A DNA stretch of 64,000 bases, from NCBI GenBank assembly GCA_032113595.1, contig DAMCTP010000001.1, positions 17,777 through 81,776 of the forward strand, given 5' to 3'. Positions 1 through 9,605 of this stretch are shown in pieces (position 1 is the stretch's first letter; every line of letters starts with the position of its first letter). The DNA comes from Pseudogracilibacillus sp. Its GTDB lineage: Bacteria; Bacillota; Bacilli; Bacillales; Amphibacillaceae. The translations under genes and the position numbers were made by a program. Under the pieces are notes generated by a model. That model was not told the DNA's origin. It was given only the letters and a program-made list of their open reading frames with translations, and ran no database searches.

Positions 1-1278
1 GGCTTTTTTGTAGCTCTCATGAAATTCCATAATGCCGTCCCCATGAATACCGATTCCCCAGGAAAAAATTGCCCCAGGCATTAGTGCATTAAATCTTTTC
101 TCAATTAAATCGATAAAATGATGGATAGAGCTTTGGTCGTCTTCTTTTGATTCCAAATAAATAACAAGTTGATTTTCATCAAATGTAAAAGCCGCTCTTT
201 TTTTAACAACATTTGCAGCATAATGTATTTCTTCTTCGATATAATATATGATGTTTTTTACACCAAATTCTCTACTATCATAACGCACTTCCGCTAATGT
301 ATCGAAATTTTCTGAAAACCCCAATATACAAACATAAGGAATATTTAAATTATAACCTAACAGTCTTGCCCGGGATTGAATGTTTTTTTCCATTACAGAA
401 TGTGGTGTCTTTGCTAATCCCCAAATAAACTCATTTCTTAGTCTAATTTCCGTCCTAACAATCGCATCTTCTCGTGAAATCCATAAAGACGTTGCAGCGG
501 ATAAATTTTCTAATATTTGCAAGGCACTATCAGTAAATAATTGTTTATCCTTCATATAAATAATAAAATAGCCTTGGGGCAAGTTACGACCACCTGATGT
601 AATTTCCTTATGAATGATAAAGCCTTTCTCATATTCAATTTTTTGAATATGACGAAATGGTGATTCATCGATAGAAATCGATTGGTCACTAGAAAGGTTT
701 TCCCATATTTGGATGAGCCTTTCTCCCTCTGGTTTGGACGCCTTTACTCTCCCCTTATTATCTGAATAAACAATTTGCCATTCAAATGCCTCCTCGACAT
801 GGGTAATAATATCGACTAAACTCTTCCCATTAATGACAAAGTTAATTAGCTTTTTTTGCATTTGTTGTGCTTGTTCAGATATTTTTTGTTGCCAACGGTT
901 AATTTCTTTCATTGTTTCCCTTTGAATATCCGCAAATCTAATTTCCCAAGGCAATTCTATCACAATAAAGTCATTTTTCTCGGCAAAATTTATAATTTCA
1001 TCAGAAATAGTGAAAATAAACCGTCCTAAGGCAATCCCAATTGCTGAAGCCCCGGATTGGTAGACATCCTTTACAAATTCAAAAAACTTGTCTGGGTCAT
1101 CTTCACAACCCATACCTGTTGTTAAGATAAACTCATTTTCACGGACAAAGTTTTCCACGGGACCTTCAATGGCAGAAACCCATTCGACATTTCGTTTATC
1201 CAAAAATTCAATGCCTACTTTAACTTCGGCAGTATTTAAGATGGGTAGATTTACAATTTCTTGAACAGTTAACGACAA
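1..1278 (-). CDS. PucR-family transcriptional regulator (3' end runs off the window)
   Basis: Not in the ORF track (no stop in window). TTG start at 1278 after GGAGGGTGA. Manual translation MSLTVQEIVNLPILNTAEVKVG...VEWVSAIEGPVENFVRENEFILTTG...IELPWEIRFADI matches the PucR N-terminal domain. Confidence 0.85.
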   Translation of the reverse strand, partial: MSLTVQEIVNLPILNTAEVKVGIEFLDKRNVEWVSAIEGPVENFVRENEFILTTGMGCEDDPDKFFEFVKDVYQSGASAIGIALGRFIFTISDEIINFAEKNDFIVIELPWEIRFADIQRETMKEINRWQQKISEQAQQMQKKLINFVINGKSLVDIITHVEEAFEWQIVYSDNKGRVKASKPEGERLIQIWENLSSDQSISIDESPFRHIQKIEYEKGFIIHKEITSGGRNLPQGYFIIYMKDKQLFTDSALQILENLSAATSLWISREDAIVRTEIRLRNEFIWGLAKTPHSVMEKNIQSRARLLGYNLNIPYVCILGFSENFDTLAEVRYDSREFGVKNIIYYIEEEIHYAANVVKKRAAFTFDENQLVIYLESKEDDQSSIHHFIDLIEKRFNALMPGAIFSWGIGIHGDGIMEFHESYKKA

Positions 1279-1611
1279 ATTGATCACCCTCCAATGGTAC
1301 AAAATTTAAATGACAGGCTTTTGGACTAATAAAAAATCCTTACTTATCATTATTTTATTAAATTTTCTGATTTTAAGCTACTTTAACGGTTATTAATTTA
1401 TTTAACTAGCTATTTTGGATTTAACAGAGATATAAATAGGAGTTGTTAAATTAGGTATGTTTCTGGTTCGGGGTCGGTTGTTGATAGCAAGTCAACGATT
1501 GAACTCAGTATGAATCTACGGTGTGATCGGACTCTTTACATCAAGAGAGTTTTTGCCTCTGGGCTAAATCTGTATAAACGGTCTTTTATGATCCATGTAT
1601 AATTTTACACT

Positions 1612-1649
1612 AAAAAGACTACTTTTCTTATAAATGAAAAATAGTCTTT
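1612..1649 (-). terminator. Intrinsic terminator after eutB
   Basis: Stem AAAGACTA(C/T)TTTTC / GAAAAATAGTCTTT with a U-run on the minus strand. Confidence 0.65.
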
Positions 1650-1666
1650 CGTATTAATTTATAAAA

Positions 1667-2653
1667 TTACATAAATTTCTGCTGTAAAATCTCAGCAATA
1701 ACTGATGTGTCTACATTATTACCGGTAATTATGGTAGCTACATTAGCCCCATTGACCTTTGCCTTACCACTTAACAATGCAGCAACCCCTGTTGCTGCTG
1801 CCCCTTCGACAATCAGACGATGTTGATCTGCCATATATGACATTCCATCTCTAATGTCATCCTCAGATACGAGTACAAATTCATCAATTAAGTGTTTTAC
1901 CATGGGAAAGGTATATTGGTTCTCTAAACCAATTCCTCCTAGTAAACTATCGGCCAATGTATCCTGTTCCTTCATTTCAATCGGCTTATTCGCTTTTAAA
2001 CTTTCATACATAACTGCACTATTTTCCATCGTGACACCAATTATTTTAATGTTTGGGTTATTCTGTTTTAAAACGTACGCTACACCGGAAAATAATCCAC
2101 CACCAGATACTTGAATAATCGCTGTATCAATTTTAGGGACTTTATTAAGTATTTCTAATCCGATAGTACTTTGACCAGCAATGACATGGGGGTCATCAAA
2201 TGGCTTAATAACCGTTAATCCTTCTTTTCTTTCTAACTCATACGAATATTCCCCTGCTTCATCTTGGCTAGTTCCTACCTTTACTATGTCAGCTCCTAGA
2301 CGTTTTATTCGGTCTACTTTCGCCGGAGGTACCCGATTTGAGATACAAATCGTTGCTTTTATCCCTAACCTTTTAGCTACATAAGCGACAGCAACCCCAT
2401 GATTCCCAGTAGAAAATGTTGTTACACCACGGGACTTTTCCTTATCTGTTAAGCTAATTATTTTATTTGCTGCACCTCTAATTTTAAAAGCACCAGTTGG
2501 ATGCAAATTTTCCAATTTTAAATATACCGAGGTACCCAATTTGGCTTCTAAAGTTGGGCTTGAAATCAAAGGGGTTTTAGAAACGATTGGACGTATTCTA
2601 TTTTGTGCTTGCCAAACATCCTGCATATGAATACTTTTAAACTGTTTATCCAA
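1667..2653 (-). CDS. eutB: PLP-dependent threonine-dehydratase-like protein, most similar to hydroxyectoine utilization dehydratase EutB
   Basis: ENLHPTGAFKIRGA (PLP Lys), STGNHG, SGGGL and ADSLLGGIGLENQYTF, the EutB-type variants. No ACT regulatory domain. Confidence 0.75.
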   Translation of the reverse strand: MDKQFKSIHMQDVWQAQNRIRPIVSKTPLISSPTLEAKLGTSVYLKLENLHPTGAFKIRGAANKIISLTDKEKSRGVTTFSTGNHGVAVAYVAKRLGIKATICISNRVPPAKVDRIKRLGADIVKVGTSQDEAGEYSYELERKEGLTVIKPFDDPHVIAGQSTIGLEILNKVPKIDTAIIQVSGGGLFSGVAYVLKQNNPNIKIIGVTMENSAVMYESLKANKPIEMKEQDTLADSLLGGIGLENQYTFPMVKHLIDEFVLVSEDDIRDGMSYMADQHRLIVEGAAATGVAALLSGKAKVNGANVATIITGNNVDTSVIAEILQQKFM

Positions 2654-2691
2654 GTTATTCCACCTTTCAATTCAATGACATTTTAAATACC

Positions 2692-4113
2692 TTATTTAAC
2701 TTTTGCAATACTTTCATTATTTCTCGGTCCTGTCATCCCTTTAGCATCTAATATTTTATCTAATACTTCTATGGATAAAATTTTATCTTGTAAAATGATA
2801 TCCCTCACTGATTTCCCTGTTTTTAATGCTTCTTTAGCAACTTTCGTCGCTATTTTATAGCCTACATAAGGATTTAATGCTGTCACAATGCCAATACTCT
2901 TTTCTACATCTGCTTTTGATTTTTCAATGTTTGCTTCTATTCCAATGACACAATAATCATCAAAGGCTGTTAACACTTGATTCATTATTTGTAAAGATTG
3001 TAATAAATTAAATACTAACACTGGTTCCATCACATTTAATTCAAATTGCCCCGCTTCGGAAGCCATTGATATCGTCTGGTCATTTCCAGCAACTTGAAAT
3101 GCAACCTGATTAACGACTTCACAAATAACAGGATTTACCTTCCCAGGCATAATCGATGACCCTGGTTGTCTAGCCGGTAATTGAATTTCCGCCAACCCTG
3201 CCCGTGGTCCTGAAGCCATTAAACGTAAATCATTGGCAATTTTCGACATGTTTAACATAGTAATCTTTAATACTGAAGAAATTTCTGTATACAAATCTGT
3301 ATTTTGCGTTGCATCAACCAAATGCTCGGCATTTTTTAACGGTAAACCGGTTATAGTTTTTAAAAATTCAACAGAACGGCGAATGTATGTCGGATTAGCA
3401 TTTAAACCGGTCCCAACAGCAGTCGCACCGAGATTAACATCATATAAGCCATCGTACACTCTTTGTAGTCGTTTAATATCACGTGAGAGCACTTGAGAAT
3501 ACGCTTGAAATTCCTGCCCTAATCGAATTGGAACTGCATCTTGTAAATGGGTTCTTCCCATCTTAATCACATCATCAAATTCCTTGCCCTTATGCAAAAA
3601 GGTTGCTTTTAACTTTTTCATCGTCACTTCGAGTTTTTCAACTAAAATAATCGTTGCAATATGGACTGCTGTGGGTACAGCATCATTCGTTGATTGGGCC
3701 ATATTTACGTGAATATTAGGATGAATTTTCTCATAGTTACCTTTTTCTTCTCCTAATATTTCCAATGCACGATTTGCGATTACTTCGTTCGCATTCATGT
3801 TAATAGAGGTACCCGCCCCACCCTGAATAGGGTCAACGATAAATTCGTCATGATGTTTTCCTAATATAATTTCTTCAGAAGCCGCTACAATCGCTTCACC
3901 TATTTCATTATTTAATGTTCCGACTTCCATATTTGCCAATGCTGCAGCTTTCTTCACTTGAGCTAGGCTAACGATAAGCTCACGATATAACTTATAACCT
4001 GTTATATTAAAGTTTTCTTGAGCCCTAACCGTCTGAATACCATAATATGCGGATTTTGGTACATTTCTCTCACCTAATAAATCTTCTTCAATTCGATAAT
4101 CTTTCACTACCAT
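2692..4113 (-). CDS. aspA: Aspartate ammonia-lyase
   Basis: GSSIMPGKVNP signature, GRTHLQDA, QGGAGTSINMN. Start moved to ATG 4113 (MVVKDYRIEEDLLG), which follows a G-rich RBS. Confidence 0.93.
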   Translation of the reverse strand: MVVKDYRIEEDLLGERNVPKSAYYGIQTVRAQENFNITGYKLYRELIVSLAQVKKAAALANMEVGTLNNEIGEAIVAASEEIILGKHHDEFIVDPIQGGAGTSINMNANEVIANRALEILGEEKGNYEKIHPNIHVNMAQSTNDAVPTAVHIATIILVEKLEVTMKKLKATFLHKGKEFDDVIKMGRTHLQDAVPIRLGQEFQAYSQVLSRDIKRLQRVYDGLYDVNLGATAVGTGLNANPTYIRRSVEFLKTITGLPLKNAEHLVDATQNTDLYTEISSVLKITMLNMSKIANDLRLMASGPRAGLAEIQLPARQPGSSIMPGKVNPVICEVVNQVAFQVAGNDQTISMASEAGQFELNVMEPVLVFNLLQSLQIMNQVLTAFDDYCVIGIEANIEKSKADVEKSIGIVTALNPYVGYKIATKVAKEALKTGKSVRDIILQDKILSIEVLDKILDAKGMTGPRNNESIAKVK

Positions 4114-4225
4114 CTGTGGATTCCCCCCAGCCTTTTTAAAACACTTCATTTCCTATTTGATGATATATAGCTATAAATATCCTTGTCAATTTGTTGATTT
4201 AGATGTATTTTACCCTACTATAAAT

Positions 4226-4981
4226 CTATTTTATCGTTTCTTCCCTTTTAGAAAGAAACCATCCAGATAAGGCAATAATGACTAAACCAATATAAAAAGT
4301 CAATTTCCATCCTTGTGAATGAGCAAATTGAGTTGAAATCATATTTAGTTCCTCGTGTGCTAAGACAAGGACAGCAAGTTTAACACCTACCCATCCCACT
4401 ATAACGAATGCAGCTACCTCTAAACCTGGTCGTTTGTTTAAAAGGCGCACAAATAAATTTGCTGCAAAACGCATCATGATAACGCCAATCATACCTCCTA
4501 TAAAGATCACTAAAAATTGAGCGCCATCCAAACTACCAATTGTAAAAATACCCATAGGTGGTAAAGCCACAGCCAAAGCCACAGCAGCAAGAATAGAATC
4601 GACTGCAAATGCTAAGTCAGCTATTTCTACCTTTAAAACTGTCATCCAAAAACCATTTGTTTTTTTAGGTTTTATTCGTTTTTCATGATCACGATTGAAC
4701 CATTTCCCCAATAGATGATTAATAGCAATATATAATAAGTAAGCAGCCCCAATTGCTTGAATTTGCCAAATATCAACAAGAAATGAAATAACAAATAATG
4801 CCGAAAAGCGCAATACGAATGCACCAAGGAGTCCATAAAATAGTGCCCTTTTCCTTTTCTTTTCTGGTAAATGCTTTACCATAATCGCCAAAACAAGTGC
4901 ATTATCAGCCGCCAATAGACCTTCTAAACCAATTAAAACAATTAATACCCATATATATTCTAGCACCAACTGCGTGTCCAC
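4226..4981 (-). CDS. TerC-family membrane protein (YkoY/MeeY-like, Mn-related)
   Basis: LEGLLAADNALVLA and DLAFAVDSILAA motifs; preceded by a yybP-ykoY riboswitch. Confidence 0.92.
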   Translation of the reverse strand: MDTQLVLEYIWVLIVLIGLEGLLAADNALVLAIMVKHLPEKKRKRALFYGLLGAFVLRFSALFVISFLVDIWQIQAIGAAYLLYIAINHLLGKWFNRDHEKRIKPKKTNGFWMTVLKVEIADLAFAVDSILAAVALAVALPPMGIFTIGSLDGAQFLVIFIGGMIGVIMMRFAANLFVRLLNKRPGLEVAAFVIVGWVGVKLAVLVLAHEELNMISTQFAHSQGWKLTFYIGLVIIALSGWFLSKREETIK

Positions 4982-5058
4982 TAATGATCTCTCCTTAAAA
5001 TTCCTTTATCTTAAATTGTTGACAAATAATGTTCGATTGTATTAACTAACAAATTAAA

Positions 5059-5190
5059 ATAAAGGTCTTGCTAACAACTATTGTGGTACTTGATCCATCT
5101 ACCTTTTATTAAAAGTAAATGTAGTTGCCAGTAATGCCGGAGATTTCTCTCGTGTTGACGACAGTCACTGAACAGCTACTCCCCTTTATA
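5059..5190 (-). ncRNA. yybP-ykoY manganese riboswitch
   Basis: Minus strand AAAGGGGAGTAGC...GTCGTCAACACG...TTAGCAAGACCTTT, upstream of a TerC gene. Confidence 0.9.
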
Positions 5191-5201
5191 TTATTAAATT
5201 T

Positions 5202-5371
5202 GGCTCTGTTAAATCCTATCGTTGATCAAGAGGTTTTCATGGGCTTGACCTCACTTAACTTGTGCATAGTAAAACAAATTTCTTTATCAGGTGAACCCTC
5301 ATGCACTTCCTCAAGAACCCTATACCTTTTATCATTTGGGTCAATTTTCAACAACACACTTTAACAAATCC
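5202..5371. mobile_element. MITE-like element with bipartite terminal inverted repeats (copy 1)
   Basis: Left end GGCTCTGTTAAA-tcctatc-GTTGA; right end reverse complement GGATTTGTTAAA-gtgtgtt-GTTGA. Confidence 0.6.
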
Positions 5372-5409
5372 TTAAAATAGCTATTGTAATGAGTAAATTC
5401 ATTAACTGT

Positions 5410-7146
5410 TCAATTGCTTACAGTAGAACTCATCATTTCTTCCATTAACTGTTTTACAATATTAACTTTTTGATTCACCCCTTTTTCGCTTGTCCCAATC
5501 ATGCCAAAGTACCACTTTATTTTCGGTTCTGTGCCTGATGGTCGAACACAAAACCATCCACCATCTTCGAGTACATATTTCATCACATTTTCCTTTGGCA
5601 AATGTAACAATTCTTCCTTTTCATCTTGCATATAAATTCGTTTACCCAATAAATAGTCTTCTTTATATTCTACTTTCAGGTTGCCAATTTGTCTCATGTT
5701 ATTGTTACGCATCTCACTAATTAACTGTTCAATCCGTTGTTTTCCTTCAATTCCCTCAAGGGTAAAAGAGTGAAGTGTTTCTTTATAATATCCATGGCGT
5801 TTATATATATCATGTAAAACATTTAATAATGTCTTACCTTTATTTTTCCAATATTGTGCCATTTCACAGGCCATGACAGTAGCTTGAACCGCATCTTTAT
5901 CCCTTGCAAAACTATTGATTAAATAACCGTTACTTTCTTCAAAACCAAAAATAAATGTTTCACCCGTTGCATCATATTCATTAATTTTTTCCCCGATATA
6001 TTTAAAGCCTGTTAATGTATTAATAGTTTTAACACCATATTCCGTTGCAATAGCTCGTCCCAATTCTGTAGTTACGATTGTTTTAATCATTCTGGCATTT
6101 TTTAATTGTGATGGTTCACTTTTCAACAAAATATAGTCTAACAATAGGACACCTAACTGATTTCCCGTTAAAATAATATAATTCCCATCTTCACCTCGAA
6201 CAGCAACTCCTAGCCTGTCAGCATCAGGATCAGTTGCAAGTAACAAATCTGCCCCTTTTTCCTTGCCTAACTTTTTGGCCATAATAAAGGCTTGTTCTTC
6301 TTCCGGATTTGGTAATTCGACAGTAGAGAATTCCGGGTCTGGCGCTAATTGTTCTTCTACTAAATAGACGTGTTGAAAATTTAACTGTTGTAACCCTTTT
6401 TCAACTAGCGATAATCCCGTTCCATGTAAAGGGGAAAAGACAATCTTTAAATCCTTTTTCAGCTGTCGTTCCTTTTCTGACATCTTGGAGATGGTTAATA
6501 ATTCCCCTAAATAAGCATGATCTACTTCACCATTAATCCATTGTAAAAGTTTGCTATTTTTCAACTCTTGTTCTGTTATTACTGGTATTCGTAGCTCATC
6601 TTCTACCTTTTTAATATAGTTTACAATACTATTAGCTTCATCTATTGAAATTTGACTGCCTGCCTCATTATAAACTTTAAAACCATTGTATTCAGGCGGA
6701 TTATGACTCGCTGTAATAACAATTCCAGCTACGGCCCTAAAATAACGAACAGCAAATGATAATAGTGGTGTCGGCCGAATGTCTTCGAAAATATAAGTTT
6801 TAATATTGTGTTTTCCAAGTACTTTGGCACATTCCACGGCGAATTCTTTAGACATATGCCTTGAATCATAGGCAATAACGACTCCTCGATCATAGACGTT
6901 TACTTGATTTTCTTCCAAATAAATTGCCAAACCTTTTACTGCCTTACGGATTGTATAAATATTTAATCGATTCGTTCCAACACCTATAATACCACGCATC
7001 CCACCAGTACCAAATGTTAAATATGAAAAAAAGGCTTCCTCTATTGCTGCTTTATCCATGTCAATCTGTTGTAATTGTCGTTTTAAATTTCGGTCTAATG
7101 CTTCGTAATTTTTCCATCTATCAAATTGCTTATTCCAAGTAACCAC
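5410..7146 (-). CDS. pgcA: Phosphoglucomutase/phosphomannomutase (PgcA/YhxB-like)
   Basis: FGTGGMRG, TASHNP (phosphoserine), DPDADR, FEESNG and VRPSGTEPK motifs. GTG start at 7146 preferred from RBS position. Confidence 0.88.
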   Translation of the reverse strand: MVTWNKQFDRWKNYEALDRNLKRQLQQIDMDKAAIEEAFFSYLTFGTGGMRGIIGVGTNRLNIYTIRKAVKGLAIYLEENQVNVYDRGVVIAYDSRHMSKEFAVECAKVLGKHNIKTYIFEDIRPTPLLSFAVRYFRAVAGIVITASHNPPEYNGFKVYNEAGSQISIDEANSIVNYIKKVEDELRIPVITEQELKNSKLLQWINGEVDHAYLGELLTISKMSEKERQLKKDLKIVFSPLHGTGLSLVEKGLQQLNFQHVYLVEEQLAPDPEFSTVELPNPEEEQAFIMAKKLGKEKGADLLLATDPDADRLGVAVRGEDGNYIILTGNQLGVLLLDYILLKSEPSQLKNARMIKTIVTTELGRAIATEYGVKTINTLTGFKYIGEKINEYDATGETFIFGFEESNGYLINSFARDKDAVQATVMACEMAQYWKNKGKTLLNVLHDIYKRHGYYKETLHSFTLEGIEGKQRIEQLISEMRNNNMRQIGNLKVEYKEDYLLGKRIYMQDEKEELLHLPKENVMKYVLEDGGWFCVRPSGTEPKIKWYFGMIGTSEKGVNQKVNIVKQLMEEMMSSTVSN

Positions 7147-7270
7147 TAACGTGCCCCCCACTTATGAGATAAGGCAAATATACCATAAATTTATCCATTC
7201 TGCTATTATACGATGTTTTACTTGAATAACTGTTCCATAGTTTTATAAAATAAAAGTAGGAGTGATCATA

Positions 7271-7450
7271 TTGGATAAAATTGAATTAGAAAAACTTCTT
7301 CTAGAATTAAAATCTGACTATATTCGCATTCAAGGTGACTTGGATAAATTAGAATTTGTTAAAGGCCGAGTTTCATCTGCTGAAGAACAATTAGCAAGAT
7401 TGGAAAAAGAAATTGCTGAAGTAAATAAACAGCTAGAGGCCTTTGATTAA
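7271..7450 (+). CDS. Small coiled-coil protein (SE1832-like family)
   Basis: LKSDYIRIQGDLDKLE motif; AGGAGTGA RBS before TTG 7271. Confidence 0.75.
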   Translation: MDKIELEKLLLELKSDYIRIQGDLDKLEFVKGRVSSAEEQLARLEKEIAEVNKQLEAFD

Positions 7451-7452
7451 TT

Positions 7453-7505
7453 AAAAAGTGCTCGACAACATTAAGGAGAATTCCTTGTTTTGTCAGCACT
7501 TTTTT
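7453..7505. terminator. Bidirectional terminator between convergent genes
   Basis: AAAAAGTGCT...AGCACTTTTTT. Confidence 0.75.
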
Positions 7506-7519
7506 AATAAGTAAACAAT

Positions 7520-9358
7520 TTAATTGTTTTTGCTATTACCATTCAACTTCTCTTTAATTTTTTCGATTTCTTTTTTTGGAGGGGTTAATGCAACAATAAC
7601 ATCCCCAACTGTTGGTGTTATTCTCATATCGGCTGCATAAAAGTAAAGTTGACCTGTCGGCTTTTTGAAATAAATAAATACTGTTTGGTCATCTTTTTCT
7701 TCTACATATTGATCATAGTCAAACTTTTCAGTAATTGTCGTTTGTCTAAACACGTAATGTTGGGCAATTTTTTCATTCAAATCATTTAATGAAATTTCTA
7801 TTTTCCCAAGTGACCTACCGCCAACTTGTGCTACAATATCCCGATTATTTTCTTCTTCATCAGGATCGACCTTAAATACATTTGTTCTTCCATATTCAGG
7901 CATAAATGTGGTACAAACTAAAGCATTGTATGCATGATAATGTGTTGCCGCAATAATAAAGTCATATGGTATCGTGTCTAAATTGTACCCTGTTTGCTCG
8001 GATAAAACTTCCCCATGATAAAATGGTACCCCAGCACTTCTTGCATAACGTAAATTCTCCCATGAATCATCAACGATAATGACGGGAAATTTCATGCTTT
8101 GAAATGACTTTGCAAGTCCGGCAGAAAAAGGATTACTACCTACAATTAACACCCCGGGTTTACCCTCTAAAGAAAGGTTTAATCTTTTAGCTAAAGGTCC
8201 GATAGTAAAGCCATGTGCAACAACGGTAAAAAACACTAATCCAAATGTTAAAGTGGTTAACAATTCCGCATCTACATAACCCGCATCCTTTAGAATTGAT
8301 GCAAAATAACTCGAAACAGTTAAGGCAACAATTCCCCTCGGGGCAATCCATCCGACTAATGATTTTTCTTGTATGCTTAATTTAGTACCGATGGTAGAAA
8401 TAAAGATTGATAATGGTCTGACAACAAACATCATCAAAATAACGTACCCTAAAATATTCGGGCTAAATATTTGAATAATCGTTTCCATTTTTAATGAAGC
8501 TGCCAACATAATAAAGATGGCTGAAATAAGTAGGATTGACACATTTTCCTTAAAATGACGGAAATCTTGTAAGGAGTTTATTCCCATATTCGCCAAAGTC
8601 ATCCCCATTGCCGTGACAGCTAACAATCCCGTACCATGAATGATTTCATCGGCAATTGTAAATGAAAAAATTACGACGATAAAAACTGCGGGTGATTTTA
8701 AAAACTCCGGAATATAGCCTGTTTCGAACATCCAACCGATAACTCTCCCACAAAACCACCCTAAAAATACGGCAAATAATGAGGCAGAGAAAAATAGAAA
8801 TAGCGTCGTAATATCTCTAATATCAGAAGTAAAAATAGTAATGATTTCAAAAGCAAAGACGGCTAATAAAACACCGATAGGATCTACGATAATACCTTCC
8901 CATTTTAGAATCTTTGCTGGACGTGGTTTTAATTTAGATTGGCGCAATAACGGCAAAATCACCGTTGGTCCTGTTACGATAAATAAGCCCCCAATGACAA
9001 AGGCAACTTCCCAAGAAAGACCTGCCATATAATGGGCTGTTAATGAGCCTAAAATCCATGCGATAAATGCACCAATAGTCGCAATCCTAAATACTGGTTT
9101 ACCTAATCCTCTAAGTTCCTTAAAACTTAAATTTAAGCTCCCCTCAAATAAAATAATGGCAACAGCAATTGAAATAAATGGATCATATAAATTACCAAAA
9201 CCTTCTTCAGGATTCATAATACCTAAAAACGGCCCAGCTACTAGGCCAGCAATAGACATCACAACAATTGCAGGTAACCGATATTTCCATGAAACCCACT
9301 GTGAACCAATACCTAAAACAAGTATTAACATGATTTCAAATAAAAGGGACACGCTCAT
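7520..9358 (-). CDS. CPA1/NhaP-type cation:proton antiporter with C-terminal Rossmann (TrkA-N-like) domain
   Basis: Multi-TM protein with ILFEGSL, VTGPTVI, EGIIVDPIG and PRGIVA motifs; C-terminal VLIVGSN. Confidence 0.88.
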   Translation of the reverse strand: MSVSLLFEIMLILVLGIGSQWVSWKYRLPAIVVMSIAGLVAGPFLGIMNPEEGFGNLYDPFISIAVAIILFEGSLNLSFKELRGLGKPVFRIATIGAFIAWILGSLTAHYMAGLSWEVAFVIGGLFIVTGPTVILPLLRQSKLKPRPAKILKWEGIIVDPIGVLLAVFAFEIITIFTSDIRDITTLFLFFSASLFAVFLGWFCGRVIGWMFETGYIPEFLKSPAVFIVVIFSFTIADEIIHGTGLLAVTAMGMTLANMGINSLQDFRHFKENVSILLISAIFIMLAASLKMETIIQIFSPNILGYVILMMFVVRPLSIFISTIGTKLSIQEKSLVGWIAPRGIVALTVSSYFASILKDAGYVDAELLTTLTFGLVFFTVVAHGFTIGPLAKRLNLSLEGKPGVLIVGSNPFSAGLAKSFQSMKFPVIIVDDSWENLRYARSAGVPFYHGEVLSEQTGYNLDTIPYDFIIAATHYHAYNALVCTTFMPEYGRTNVFKVDPDEEENNRDIVAQVGGRSLGKIEISLNDLNEKIAQHYVFRQTTITEKFDYDQYVEEKDDQTVFIYFKKPTGQLYFYAADMRITPTVGDVIVALTPPKKEIEKIKEKLNGNSKNN

Positions 9359-9530
9359 TTAAAATACCCCTTCTTACATAAGAGATTTTTATGATATAAG
9401 GAATATTGTAATCCCGAACATCGAGAAAGTAAACCATTATTAAAAATTATTTTGAAGTTTTTTAAAAAACATTTATTTATCACCATATTAAATAAATAAC
9501 TATATCAAAACTTTGATTTTTACATAAAAT

Positions 9531-9570
9531 AAAAAGGCATTTACGCTCAATTAATGAAACTTAAATGCCC
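9531..9570 (-). terminator. Terminator after ampS
   Basis: GGCATTTA...TAAATGCC stem followed by a U-run on the minus strand. Confidence 0.65.
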
Positions 9571-9605
9571 ATGATCAACAAATTAAACCAAGAATGAAAA
9601 ATAAA

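Noticed and set aside
5125..5364. 79-aa + strand ORF from the track
   Set aside because: It overlaps the riboswitch antisense and the TIR element, has no RBS and no recognisable family.
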